25,894 nt of DNA, from positions 366,064 through 391,957 of IMG/VR virus record IMGVR_UViG_3300021077_000115. One strand, 5' to 3'. Positions within the stretch are counted from its first letter, which is position 1, and each line of letters opens with the position of its first letter. The notes beneath the pieces were generated by a model, which saw nothing but the letters and a program-made list of their open reading frames with translations, ran no database searches and was not told where the DNA came from. The stretch is from a virus. Of this stretch, positions 7,193 to 16,831 are shown one piece after another. The translations under genes were made by a program, and so were the position numbers.

Positions 7193-9151
7193 TTATCGAA
7201 CATCAATTCTTGGGGCTCGTTCAATCGTAGAGACTGGCTTCTGCAAATCAGCAGATTCTCCAACAGGAACAGCGGCTGGGCCTACATCTGGGCCTGCAGC
7301 TCCGCCCTGCATCTTCGCAAGATCTTGTTCCTTACGCATCTCTTTGCGCTTTTCATCTTCGTCCTTCTTTTGTTGTAGATTGTTCCTGATATTAGTGGTT
7401 TCAGGATTCATCGCAACAGTCTTTGGCTCAATCCATTCAGAAGCACCAGGTACCTCAATTGATCCTTTAAGCCTAGTAAGCACACCCTCTAGGCGACTTC
7501 CGATGTATTGGTTCGACTCAAGAGCCTTACTCATTGCCTCGCCCAAAGCTGGGAAGAATGAAGATAGGCTAAGGCGATCCATCATAATATCAAGGATAGC
7601 TAACTGACGAGCAATCTCTCGTTTGTTATAAATCGAAACAAGCATTTCCAATCTACTCACAACATCATTGATACTCACGCCCTTGAGAGCTGCGTCAATA
7701 ACATCTTCTGTATTATCCTCTGGAGTCTCTTCCACTGGCGGAGGTGCTTCCACAACACTTGGTGGAACATCAGGTGGCGGTGGGGGAGGTGGTGACGGAG
7801 AAAGTGCTTCTTGAGCAAACTTTGAACGAGGATGCCAATACCCACGACCAATCTTAATTACGTCTGCAACCTCAATAGCCGCTGCGGCCTGTGGGGCACT
7901 TGGCTGAGGCTGAGCAATAGGCGGTGGAGCTTCTACAGCTGGCACGCCAGCTGGCGCTGGAGGAAGTGGAGGCACCTCATGGCTTCGTTCTGACCTCCTC
8001 TCCTCTGGTGTATCGTCTTTATCTGAGACTCCTCTCTCTAGATTATCAAAGAATTCTTTTAGACATTGATAAGTATCATTCTTATCCCCTTCACCTGATG
8101 GTGGGGCTTCTACTCCAGGAATACCTGGAGGTGGAGTCATGCCTCCTGATGGATCTAGTTGAGCCAGCTTATAAAAGAAACCAGCAGCGCCATCCTTGCC
8201 TCTTGCCTTTAATAGGTTTGCTGCTCGATAGATTTGGTCTACGAACAATGAAGAACCAGATGTTAGCTTGTTGGCGGTTTGAATTCTTCGCTTCAGATCT
8301 TGAAGAAGCTTCAGCATCAGCTCCTGATCATCGCCAGCAAATAATTGACCATCCATAGAGGCCAACATTTTCTCTGCCGAGTTTAGGCGGCTAATGAGCT
8401 TTCTACGTTGTCCTTCAATTTTATCGCGAGCAGAATTAACGTCACCTTGTGGCATGCCAGGGAGCTCATCTCTCATCCCTCCGATGGGATTTGGGAACTT
8501 TCCACTACGATGTCGAGCGCGCAAAGAATCTACACCGATAGGAAGATTAGCTAGAAATAGCCCATCTTGAGCCAGCTTGGGATACTTCTCGGGAGTCCTC
8601 TCCTTATAGAATTTCAGCCATTGTTCATAGTCCATTTGTTCCTTTGCTTCCCAGTTACCAATTACAGATTTTTTTGCTTGAATAGGATCATTACCTTTAC
8701 TCATTAAACCATATATCTCGCGAGTAGCCGCTACCCAACGACCAATGTCATATTTAGGGAATTCTGAAATTGACCCAGGTTGTGGGTAAGCGATCTTTGG
8801 TCTAATATGTCCAGATACCATCTTCTTTAATGCGAGATCAGTGGCTTCTATCAGCTGTAAAAGTGTACCGATTGGTGCTTTTTCTCTGTTCCTGAACACT
8901 TCCGCAGCAATTGCACGAGCTGTAGAGTCATTGAGTTTTACCTTAAATATCAAATGAGCAATCTCTGGGACATGATTTCTTACCAAGAAGAATCTATTTT
9001 GGTCTTCGTCATTGTCGATACCAAGCTGTGACATCGTATCAAAATCAGATAGCACTCCGTTCCGAAGGTCTTCTGGTAAGCATTCACAATTTGCCGAATC
9101 AACTTGGCGCTGAAAGTGTTCATTAAAAGTCATCGGACTCCTCATCTTCAT
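7193..9151 (-). CDS. Hypothetical proline-rich protein (652 aa) with three VEAPPP-type repeats
   Basis: It is a long ORF. The central region reads GIPGVEAPPSGE / GVPAVEAPPPIAQPQPSAP / PPPPPPPDVPPSVVEAPPPVEE. I found no enzymatic motif. Confidence 0.6.
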   Translation of the reverse strand: MKMRSPMTFNEHFQRQVDSANCECLPEDLRNGVLSDFDTMSQLGIDNDEDQNRFFLVRNHVPEIAHLIFKVKLNDSTARAIAAEVFRNREKAPIGTLLQLIEATDLALKKMVSGHIRPKIAYPQPGSISEFPKYDIGRWVAATREIYGLMSKGNDPIQAKKSVIGNWEAKEQMDYEQWLKFYKERTPEKYPKLAQDGLFLANLPIGVDSLRARHRSGKFPNPIGGMRDELPGMPQGDVNSARDKIEGQRRKLISRLNSAEKMLASMDGQLFAGDDQELMLKLLQDLKRRIQTANKLTSGSSLFVDQIYRAANLLKARGKDGAAGFFYKLAQLDPSGGMTPPPGIPGVEAPPSGEGDKNDTYQCLKEFFDNLERGVSDKDDTPEERRSERSHEVPPLPPAPAGVPAVEAPPPIAQPQPSAPQAAAAIEVADVIKIGRGYWHPRSKFAQEALSPSPPPPPPPDVPPSVVEAPPPVEETPEDNTEDVIDAALKGVSINDVVSRLEMLVSIYNKREIARQLAILDIMMDRLSLSSFFPALGEAMSKALESNQYIGSRLEGVLTRLKGSIEVPGASEWIEPKTVAMNPETTNIRNNLQQKKDEDEKRKEMRKEQDLAKMQGGAAGPDVGPAAVPVGESADLQKPVSTIERAPRIDVR

Positions 9152-9941
9152 CTGATTCTAAAGGCTCTTCGTCTTTATACTCCTCTAGAAACTTCTGATC
9201 AAACTCTTCAACCTTATTTCCCAACTTATCAAGAGACTGTCTCTCCTTTTCAATTTCCCTTGTAGTTGTAGCTGGCAATGGAGCTAGATCTCTTGGGGTC
9301 ATCTTTGATAACTCTTCTTTCAACAAATCCATGAATAAGGATCCATACTCCGGCCCAAGACGTTCTAATACTCTTCGGATTGCGTCTTGAAACGCAACTG
9401 ATTGCTGTTCAACCATCTGGACTGTATAGGTATGTTCAATACGAATATCTGGGCGATCATTTTTAATTTTGTCGCACTTCTCAAGAACTTGCATCAAAAT
9501 TTCTGCATATTTAGTGAAAATATAATCTGTGCGAGTATTTTCAGGATCGCTTTGAATTAAATCGAATAGTTGTTCGGAACGAACCTCCATAATAGTTACC
9601 AAACTATCTAGTTTATCTAGATAGTTAAGCTCCTTCTTAACTCCATCAACAACACGATCCCGCCACGCCCGAGTATCCATTAGAGATTCTGCAATCTTCT
9701 TATCAATCTTGCTATCGGCATCCCTCTGAATAATCTTCTTTACATACCCATGATGGTCTGCATATTCATCCAAGAATGTTTGCAGCACAGTTGCTGGAAC
9801 TCTTAGGTGTCCCTCATCTGGTTTTGGATATTTATCCTTTAGATAAGCAGATACAACTTTAGGGCTTTCTCCGCTAAGAAGCTTTGTAATTATTGATTGT
9901 TTCTCTGGATGATCAATGATCTTTGAAAAATCGGACGCCAT
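9123..9941 (-). CDS. Hypothetical protein (272 aa) with acidic C-terminus
   Basis: This ORF overlaps the downstream gene by 29 nt. Its N-terminus, SPKVVSAYLKDKYPKPD, resembles motifs repeated in the adjacent 1423-aa protein. Confidence 0.55.
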   Translation of the reverse strand: MASDFSKIIDHPEKQSIITKLLSGESPKVVSAYLKDKYPKPDEGHLRVPATVLQTFLDEYADHHGYVKKIIQRDADSKIDKKIAESLMDTRAWRDRVVDGVKKELNYLDKLDSLVTIMEVRSEQLFDLIQSDPENTRTDYIFTKYAEILMQVLEKCDKIKNDRPDIRIEHTYTVQMVEQQSVAFQDAIRRVLERLGPEYGSLFMDLLKEELSKMTPRDLAPLPATTTREIEKERQSLDKLGNKVEEFDQKFLEEYKDEEPLESDEDEESDDF

Positions 9942-9955
9942 TTCATTCCTTCCTC

Positions 9956-12900
9956 TTACTTTTTCGAAACAAATGGAGACAATCCCTTAATTGGATTGAA
10001 TTCTTTTGATTCTCCAGGCTGACGTGAGGTACCAGGAGTCCACCTTGGAGTGCTGATACGACTACGCGCTGGAATATTTCGTACTCTTACTGGCCCACCC
10101 TCACCCTTTTGAAGATCTTCAAGTGAAGGTGAATCGCCAGACATTCCAGGGTCTCGTACGCCCTTTCCTTTACGTGGCTTCAAAATCGAAGCGAACGTCA
10201 CCGGTTCTTCTCGCCTTGGGTACTTGCCTCTTTGTTCTCTGTCCTTGCCCAAACCACCAATGGCAATTTGATATGGAGGATAGAAACCTTGCTCCATCAT
10301 CCATTTGTTTTGTTCTTGTTGGCTAGCCTCGGTATCTTCCTTATCAGATTGTAGATTATTATAAGCATATTCTATAACATCCCAAGGAAGGTTAGCATCA
10401 GGGAATCGCTCTTCAAGTTGCTGCTTTGCATCACTGAATGGCATCTTGCTGAAAGCTAGAGCTGTAACAGTATCACGAATCTTCTGTCCGCTCTGACTAA
10501 CATACTTTCTGATCCTATCTACAATTTGATAGTCGATTCCCATTGAGTCAGCAATCTCTTCCAATTTCTTCTTGGGAACTCCTTTGACTGCTAATGGAAG
10601 TATCTTACTCTTGATGCCAATAGGAATATCAGCTAGATTATCCTTATTAGATCCAACAATCTTATTCCATTCATCCGGCTTGTCTCTCCATTGAGTTGAG
10701 AATTGTTTCTGAGCCTCAACGAATGCTTGCTGATATTCTTCTGGATCTGAGAATAATGTCTTCAGCCCATGATAGTTTGGAAGAATGTTACCAGAGACTT
10801 TCTTGTCTAGATTTCGAAGAAGCTGTCTTGTTGTTTGATAACCAAACACTGGTTCGTCTGGTGAGTTGAATCCCTTAGAGACCATTTCATCAGCTTGCGC
10901 CTTTTTCTCAGCGTCGCCGTAGCCTTCAAAGTGATTCTTGGCCGCTACAAAAGCATCCCAATATTCTTCTGGATCTTGCCAAAATTGAACAAGCTTCTTT
11001 CCATCTGGCCCAATTGGTTGCTTCTTAAAGAATGGAGCTTTGGCTCGCTCCTCTCCCATAATATTTCTCAAGTCAATATTTACCTGATTGAAGGTAATAT
11101 TATCGTCCTCCCCAGGCTCAATCATCGGTTTGAACCCAGCTTCGCCCAATACTTTATTGACGCTTCTTCTAATGATTCTTCCCTTTATATCGGTTCGATA
11201 GGCGTTGATTTCCTGAGTCTTCTGTGGTCCAACTCGAAGAAAACGAGATGCCTTGAGATCGTTCAGAGATGGAACGGTAAAGAATTCTGTGCTCTTATCG
11301 CTATATGTATTCTTAAGATATTCAGCAATCGCTGTAGGGTCCTTAAGCTTAGGATCTCTATTTTTCTTGGCAAGATAAGTATTGACTGCCCTTGGAATAT
11401 CTCCATGCTTCAACATATCTGCGATATGACGATCTTTACTTTCCTCAACCAAATATTCTGATACGGCTTTAGAAGATTCTCCACGACCAAGCATATCCAT
11501 AACTTCGCCACGAATATCATCTGGTAATGAAGTTACCGACTCAGGGTCTTTGTCAACATTATATACAAAGTTCCTGAGCGCTTCTTCTAGCTTATCATTA
11601 TCTGATTTGATCTTGCTTTCAATCTTATTCTCAAGCTCCTTAGCTTGGACCTCATTGATAGTTATTCCCCAATGCTTTTGATAATCTCCCCATCTTAGGT
11701 ACTTGTACTTTTGAGAATTGCTCGCAGGTTTTTCTGCCGAAAGCTCAGGCTTCTCTTCTGGTATGGTCTTACCAATTTCTAAATGTTCTTTGGAGGGCGG
11801 CGGTACCTGACGTTCTATTGGAATTTCCTTTTCTTTTACCTTTGGATTCCATGGGCCATATTTAATCTTTCGCATTTCATCTAGAATGTTCTCGAATATT
11901 TCATCATTGGTAGGCGTTGGCTCACCAGATGCATTCCTATCTACAATTCTTTCTGTCATCGTATAGAACATCTTCGAAGCTTTTGTATCTTCATCGGAAA
12001 CCCATCTCTTCTTACTTTTCTCGAATTGATAGATTTCGGATATGATTTTCTTAGGCTCTCCCTCAGCGAAAAATGCTTTAGCCTCTTCTTCTGCCGCTTG
12101 ATACTCTGGACTATTCTCGTCGTATTCCCCTTCATCTGCTTTTGGAATTGGAACAATAGCTGGTCTCTTTTTTTCTGTTCGAGCAGCTGGGGCCTCTGGT
12201 GCTACCTGCTCTTGCAAAGCGCTGCCGAACTCGGCATAAGCCCAATCTCTAACTAAATTCGCAAACTCAGAAAACATTTCTGCATTCATTTCTTTGCGAA
12301 ACTTCTGAACTTCATAATTAGCTGCTGCGTCAACAAGATCCTTTCCGTGAAGACTGAGCTTGAATCTGTGATATTCTTTCGGGTCTACCAAACCAGCCTT
12401 AAGTTTTCCAATAACATATTGAGCAAGATCTGGAAGCTTTTCGGATGTTATTTTATGCTTTGTCGTTGCCCTCTCACCTTCAAAAGGATCCAAGATCTGA
12501 ACAGGGGCTGTGGCAGGTAAAGGCGCTTCTAGCGCAGATGGAATTTCATTTGGTTCTAATTTTCCGCCCAAATCCAATACGGGAGCTGGAACTGCAGCTT
12601 CCTTTAAGATTCTGGAAAGCAAATTTAAACTCTTGTTATCATCTGAACTATATTGATCAGCAATCTTCTGCAACGTATCTTTATTGACGCCAAAGCTGGC
12701 CATCACTTTGATATGCTTATCAATCAGGTCAGTCCATCCCAAATCACGTAGATGCGGGAACAATGATTCGGCAACCTTGACTTCATCGGTTGGCTTTTCG
12801 AATTGGCTATTGAATCCAGATGTCAATACCGACTTTATCTGTTGATCTTGTAAGCCCTCAGCTTTTGCCTTGGCGATTGCAGATTTCAACAAATGTGGAG

Positions 12901-14227
12901 CTATTTCTTGAACAGCATTGATCACCAGAGCCATAAGACTTTGGTGTGCAGTGGCCGTATCAGCATATTCAATCTCATCTTTATATCGTGGCCGTTCCAT
13001 ACTCGGAATAACGGCTGGAGGGGGCGCTGATGGGGGTATTGTTGCAACTCCAAAATCAGGCTTATTCCCAATAAACTCCGCATTTAATAGAGCTAGATGA
13101 TTTTGGTGCATACCAATATCTTCCAAAGATTTAAGCGTATCATCCATCATCCTTATCCACTGAGTGGAATTCTTAGGATCTGCCTTTACTATTTCTGATA
13201 AAGGCTGAAGAACGCTCTTGGCATTGTAATATTGGTCCTCGCTTTCTCTCTTTGATAGTGTTCTATTTATCTTACTCTTGAGCGGAACTCTTTTTTTTTT
13301 ATCAGATTCGTCATCAGCTAGTGTTTTAAGTCCGGCATCAGAGATATCCGAGGCAAGTATAATCGCCACTTGGGATGTTGATAACCCAGCATCCATAGCA
13401 TTATCAATGGCCCGGTCTAACAAACCAGGAGCATGATCACGAATTGCCTTCAAAGCAGTTGCTATCTTGACAATAATCTGTTTATCGCTGGAAGCATAGC
13501 GGCCCATCAAAGATTCTCTTGTCTCGAATAGTGACATGCCCTGATCGCGAATATCTCCAAGGTCATGAGTCTGATTCTCCACAGACCCGCCTGGAACTTC
13601 ATTACCCTTCTGGGTCTTGTAGCCAGCTTTGTAGTCATAAATAATACCAGTGACAATGTCTTGATAGACATGATCAGTGATACGTGTCATCTGTCCACCT
13701 GGACGATCCGGTGGATACCGAGTCTGAAGAGGAGCCTCCATCGGAACATAGCGTTTAACCTGTTGTTCAACTGCCTTGGCCTGAGCCTGGGCATTCTCCA
13801 TTGTTGAAAGACGCTTACGCGGTTCATCGTAGCATTCTTCGCCGGTAGTCTTACGACGCTCAGTTCGTAATCGATTTATTTCATCTTCAGTGACTTTACG
13901 AGCAGCAGCCACTGCATTCTTTGGAGCGGCAATCGAAAGTAACAACTCATCAAGCACAGATGCCTGCTTCTTGAGCAAAGGATCTTCGCTTTCATCAAAT
14001 GCAGAAGCTAGAGCGGCAATCTCATCCAATTGTTGAGGTGTAATTTCGAATGACGCATGGTTGTCCATATCATCAGCAACACCCTCTAGAAGAGTAGATG
14101 CGGCGGCAATTGCCGTAGCTACTTTCTGAAATACATCAGGGTTCTTCTTGGATGCGCTAACCAACAGATCATCGCTGCTCTTCTCTAGCTTGCGGGCTAG
14201 AACTCTTAAGTCCATTGAAATTGCCAT
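9956..14227 (-). CDS. Giant hypothetical protein (1423 aa); possibly a virion internal / ejected or structural protein
   Basis: It is an uninterrupted 4.27-kb ORF with no recognisable catalytic motif. It has internal repeats (QDPEEYWDAFVAAK / SDPEEYQQAFVEAQ) and a basic C-terminal tail. The structural guess rests only on its size and its position in the operon leading to terminase/portal. Confidence 0.65.
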   Translation of the reverse strand: MAISMDLRVLARKLEKSSDDLLVSASKKNPDVFQKVATAIAAASTLLEGVADDMDNHASFEITPQQLDEIAALASAFDESEDPLLKKQASVLDELLLSIAAPKNAVAAARKVTEDEINRLRTERRKTTGEECYDEPRKRLSTMENAQAQAKAVEQQVKRYVPMEAPLQTRYPPDRPGGQMTRITDHVYQDIVTGIIYDYKAGYKTQKGNEVPGGSVENQTHDLGDIRDQGMSLFETRESLMGRYASSDKQIIVKIATALKAIRDHAPGLLDRAIDNAMDAGLSTSQVAIILASDISDAGLKTLADDESDKKKRVPLKSKINRTLSKRESEDQYYNAKSVLQPLSEIVKADPKNSTQWIRMMDDTLKSLEDIGMHQNHLALLNAEFIGNKPDFGVATIPPSAPPPAVIPSMERPRYKDEIEYADTATAHQSLMALVINAVQEIAPHLLKSAIAKAKAEGLQDQQIKSVLTSGFNSQFEKPTDEVKVAESLFPHLRDLGWTDLIDKHIKVMASFGVNKDTLQKIADQYSSDDNKSLNLLSRILKEAAVPAPVLDLGGKLEPNEIPSALEAPLPATAPVQILDPFEGERATTKHKITSEKLPDLAQYVIGKLKAGLVDPKEYHRFKLSLHGKDLVDAAANYEVQKFRKEMNAEMFSEFANLVRDWAYAEFGSALQEQVAPEAPAARTEKKRPAIVPIPKADEGEYDENSPEYQAAEEEAKAFFAEGEPKKIISEIYQFEKSKKRWVSDEDTKASKMFYTMTERIVDRNASGEPTPTNDEIFENILDEMRKIKYGPWNPKVKEKEIPIERQVPPPSKEHLEIGKTIPEEKPELSAEKPASNSQKYKYLRWGDYQKHWGITINEVQAKELENKIESKIKSDNDKLEEALRNFVYNVDKDPESVTSLPDDIRGEVMDMLGRGESSKAVSEYLVEESKDRHIADMLKHGDIPRAVNTYLAKKNRDPKLKDPTAIAEYLKNTYSDKSTEFFTVPSLNDLKASRFLRVGPQKTQEINAYRTDIKGRIIRRSVNKVLGEAGFKPMIEPGEDDNITFNQVNIDLRNIMGEERAKAPFFKKQPIGPDGKKLVQFWQDPEEYWDAFVAAKNHFEGYGDAEKKAQADEMVSKGFNSPDEPVFGYQTTRQLLRNLDKKVSGNILPNYHGLKTLFSDPEEYQQAFVEAQKQFSTQWRDKPDEWNKIVGSNKDNLADIPIGIKSKILPLAVKGVPKKKLEEIADSMGIDYQIVDRIRKYVSQSGQKIRDTVTALAFSKMPFSDAKQQLEERFPDANLPWDVIEYAYNNLQSDKEDTEASQQEQNKWMMEQGFYPPYQIAIGGLGKDREQRGKYPRREEPVTFASILKPRKGKGVRDPGMSGDSPSLEDLQKGEGGPVRVRNIPARSRISTPRWTPGTSRQPGESKEFNPIKGLSPFVSKK

Positions 14228-14229
14228 TA

Positions 14230-15756
14230 TTATGCTCCTTCTGGGAAGAATATCTTATTAGTCATAAACTGTGGTGTGTCACGTACCGGTTGCTTTGCCA
14301 CTTTGTGCAATGCAGCCATTTCTTCGGCAGGAGACTGGCCTGGTGCATAGATATTCGACATCATGTGTGCAATAGCCACTTTTTGTGCTTGTGGATCTAT
14401 TTCACCAAGAGTATTGATTGCTTCTTCAGCACGAATGTAGTTACCCTCTTTTACAGATTCTATTACGACATCCAAAAGCTCTGTTGGCTTCAAATCATAG
14501 CAAGGAGAAGCTGTAGCAAGAGCCCGCTTGTTTCCGCCAGAACCAGACCTGACGATTTGAGAAATAGCCTCTTTGGTAAATTCGGTTACGATTCCATCCG
14601 CAAATATAATCTGCGGTTGTCCAACACGGCCTTCAACAATTTCGACTGGAACCTTGAAACCAGTTCCAGTTCCAACTGCCACTGCGTAGAAAATCTTATC
14701 GCGCTCTACATCGACAACCTTTACCTGAACGCTCTTATATCCAAGCTCGGCAAATTTGCGAATGACCACCGCACGGCCAGCTTCGACAATTTTGTCACCA
14801 TGAACGAAGCGAGCAATTCCATCTGGCTTGCCAAGAGTCTCGGCAAACTTGGTCTCTGGAGTCTCTGGCATCTGTGGTAAAGCCACATCAGCTTTCGGAT
14901 CCACAAGCTCGGCATAGTAAATGGCATTCTCAAGCGATGGGGTAGAACCCTGTTCGGAAGCTACCTTGATAGCTGCCATCTCAACCTCATTCACTATAGT
15001 AGAGCTTCCACGCTTGATTTGCTCAAGAACATCGAGCAATTTGGCTCCATCAACTCGGAAACCTTTGCCGGCAACCTTGAGTACATGAGTTTCATATGCT
15101 TCTTTGTCGAACTCTTCAAATCCGTCTGGAGTGAAGAACAACTGGGGAAGTGTAGCTTTGCCTTCAACCAACTCGACCGGGATTAGAACATTGGCAGTTC
15201 CAATAGGCGTCTCGTGAACGGCCTGGCAAATGATAATGTCCTTACGACCAGCAAAGGTTTTAACTTCTTTTGGAAGGCATCCAATATTAATCAACTGAGC
15301 ATAAGCAGCACGCTGAGCCCGTTTAGCATCATCTGTTGAATAGATCCGCTCGGTTGGAGTTGCATCAAAAGCCCCAGCTAAGGCGTTAGCTAAGATAGGA
15401 TCTGAGAACCTTTGATAATCACGGTCAAGCGACATCCCTTCATTAGCTTCACGCACAAACGTATGCGGCTTTGGCTCGGCACGCTTGCCAAGTTCCTCGG
15501 TGAATACCTGGGATAGCTTGGAGTGGCTAGCTCCGAATCGTTCCACTATATTAGCAAGCTCGGCTCTGTTGATGAACATCTTATCAGAAGCCATCTTAGT
15601 CAGAACCTGAGAGGCATTAATGAGAGGAACATCAGTTGGGCGGGCTGCAGCTTCCCGACGAGCTTTGGCAGCAAGTACAGGGAGAGCGAATGTTTCATCG
15701 GCCTCAATTGCACTAGCGGCCTTTGTTATCAAAGATGTAATGTCTTGTAAATTCAT
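14230..15756 (-). CDS. Hypothetical protein (508 aa) with internal ~50-aa duplication
   Basis: The repeat VLIPVELVEGKATLPQLFFTPDGFEEFDKEAY recurs as FKVPVEIVEGRVGQPQIIFADGIVTEFTKEAI. An SD (AAAGAGGA) precedes the ATG at 15756. Confidence 0.6.
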   Translation of the reverse strand: MNLQDITSLITKAASAIEADETFALPVLAAKARREAAARPTDVPLINASQVLTKMASDKMFINRAELANIVERFGASHSKLSQVFTEELGKRAEPKPHTFVREANEGMSLDRDYQRFSDPILANALAGAFDATPTERIYSTDDAKRAQRAAYAQLINIGCLPKEVKTFAGRKDIIICQAVHETPIGTANVLIPVELVEGKATLPQLFFTPDGFEEFDKEAYETHVLKVAGKGFRVDGAKLLDVLEQIKRGSSTIVNEVEMAAIKVASEQGSTPSLENAIYYAELVDPKADVALPQMPETPETKFAETLGKPDGIARFVHGDKIVEAGRAVVIRKFAELGYKSVQVKVVDVERDKIFYAVAVGTGTGFKVPVEIVEGRVGQPQIIFADGIVTEFTKEAISQIVRSGSGGNKRALATASPCYDLKPTELLDVVIESVKEGNYIRAEEAINTLGEIDPQAQKVAIAHMMSNIYAPGQSPAEEMAALHKVAKQPVRDTPQFMTNKIFFPEGA

Positions 15757-15911
15757 AGTTCCTCTTTAGTTCTCAAGCTCTTGAGGCTCTCCATCATGAG
15801 ATTGCCTATCTACCTTAGAATCACTCTTTTCCGTTGACTCGCTTGCAGCCTTCACCAACTCCACGAATCGTTCGGCATACAGCGCTATTTTTGCAGATTT
15901 TGAGATCATGA

Positions 15912-16403
15912 TTACCCCACCGCTACCTTGCGCAACTCTGGGAAACGCTGTGCAATCAATTCACGCCCACTAGACGCTACCTTACTGAGCAATGCCTTCT
16001 GTAAGCCCTGATCCGTTTCCAGCTTACGTGGCAGCCATCGACGAACGAGACCGAACTCTTCAACTGGAATCCCAAGATCCTCTGAAGACAAAGAAACAAG
16101 GGGTTCGCCCTTGTAGAACACATGCATTGCCTTCTTATCTGGAATTGCATCCCAATCTTTTTGGACACTGGATTCTGACGTCTTCATTGCGCCATCCTCT
16201 CCATATAGAGCAACAATGACGGGACCATCATCGCTTTCCTCAATCTTCCATAGCTGATCGGTATCGGCATTATCTCGAAAACGAACCAAGTCATAAGCAA
16301 CGCGCTCAATACGATCTTCGACATCAGCGAGACGGTAGGCACGCTTCTTCGGAAGTAGCGTTTGGGTCAGATGATTAAAATCAACTGTGAACTTATCCTT
16401 CAT
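15912..16403 (-). CDS. Hypothetical protein (163 aa), first gene downstream of a 424-bp intergenic region
   Basis: The ORF has a strong SD (GGAGA, 5-nt spacer) before the ATG at 16403. A TATACT -10-like box lies about 20 nt further upstream on the minus strand. Confidence 0.6.
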   Translation of the reverse strand: MKDKFTVDFNHLTQTLLPKKRAYRLADVEDRIERVAYDLVRFRDNADTDQLWKIEESDDGPVIVALYGEDGAMKTSESSVQKDWDAIPDKKAMHVFYKGEPLVSLSSEDLGIPVEEFGLVRRWLPRKLETDQGLQKALLSKVASSGRELIAQRFPELRKVAVG

Positions 16404-16494
16404 GATTCTCCAAATTAAATGGTAGTATAGGCAACTGCGCTAAATCCATACGAAAGTAGTGATAGAAGAAAAACACGGCCATTCCGTACCTACA

Positions 16495-16520
16495 ACATAT
16501 CTGCTGTATTATTGGTTACT
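16495..16520 (-). promoter_or_regulatory. Second copy of the ATAATACAGC motif, ~100 nt upstream of the 163-aa gene in the long intergenic region
   Basis: The minus-strand reading is accaATAATACAGCagatatg. A TATACT -10-like hexamer lies closer to the ATG at ~16423..16428. Confidence 0.25.
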
Positions 16521-16552
16521 ATATCTAAGAACCAATAATTTCGTATGATTTA

Positions 16553-16831
16553 ATGGAGACATTCTTAAGCATCCCTCTTGAAGCTATCACTACTTCAGGC
16601 AACAACGCTTTCCACTGGAAGGGTGTTGTTGGGGACGTTTTAATTACAATATCTGGCAAGAAGTTATCAAAAGATTCCTTCAATTATATTGTATATGTAG
16701 ATTTGTGCGGATTTCCTGAAAAGTGGTGGCCTGGCAACAGAATACAAATCGCAGAAGCTTCTGGAGAAAACCTCTTATTTCTAGAGACGGAAATAAGACG
16801 GCAGCTGAGGAGGCTGCAGATCAACCTCTAA
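16553..16831 (+). CDS. Questionable small ORF (92 aa) inside the intergenic boundary region
   Basis: This is the only + strand ORF not embedded in a minus-strand gene. It has no SD, contains the hairpins described below, and overlaps the probable minus-strand promoter region, so it is probably not coding. Confidence 0.2.
   Translation: METFLSIPLEAITTSGNNAFHWKGVVGDVLITISGKKLSKDSFNYIVYVDLCGFPEKWWPGNRIQIAEASGENLLFLETEIRRQLRRLQINL
16776..16819 (-). terminator. Pair of adjacent stem-loops immediately after the stop of the sigma-like gene (candidate terminator)
   Basis: Perfect 8-bp inverted repeat cttatttc-N8-gaaataag (16776..16799) and a 5-bp one gcagc-N7-gctgc (16803..16819). On the minus-strand transcript the first is followed by aggUUUUCUcc. 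The stems are AT-rich, so this is a weak call. Confidence 0.3.

Noticed and set aside
15769-15785. Small hairpin ctcaag-ct-cttgag upstream of the 508-aa gene
   Set aside because: On the transcribed (minus) strand it is followed by the SD AAAGAGGA and the ATG, not by a U-tract. The loop is also too small, so it is not a terminator.
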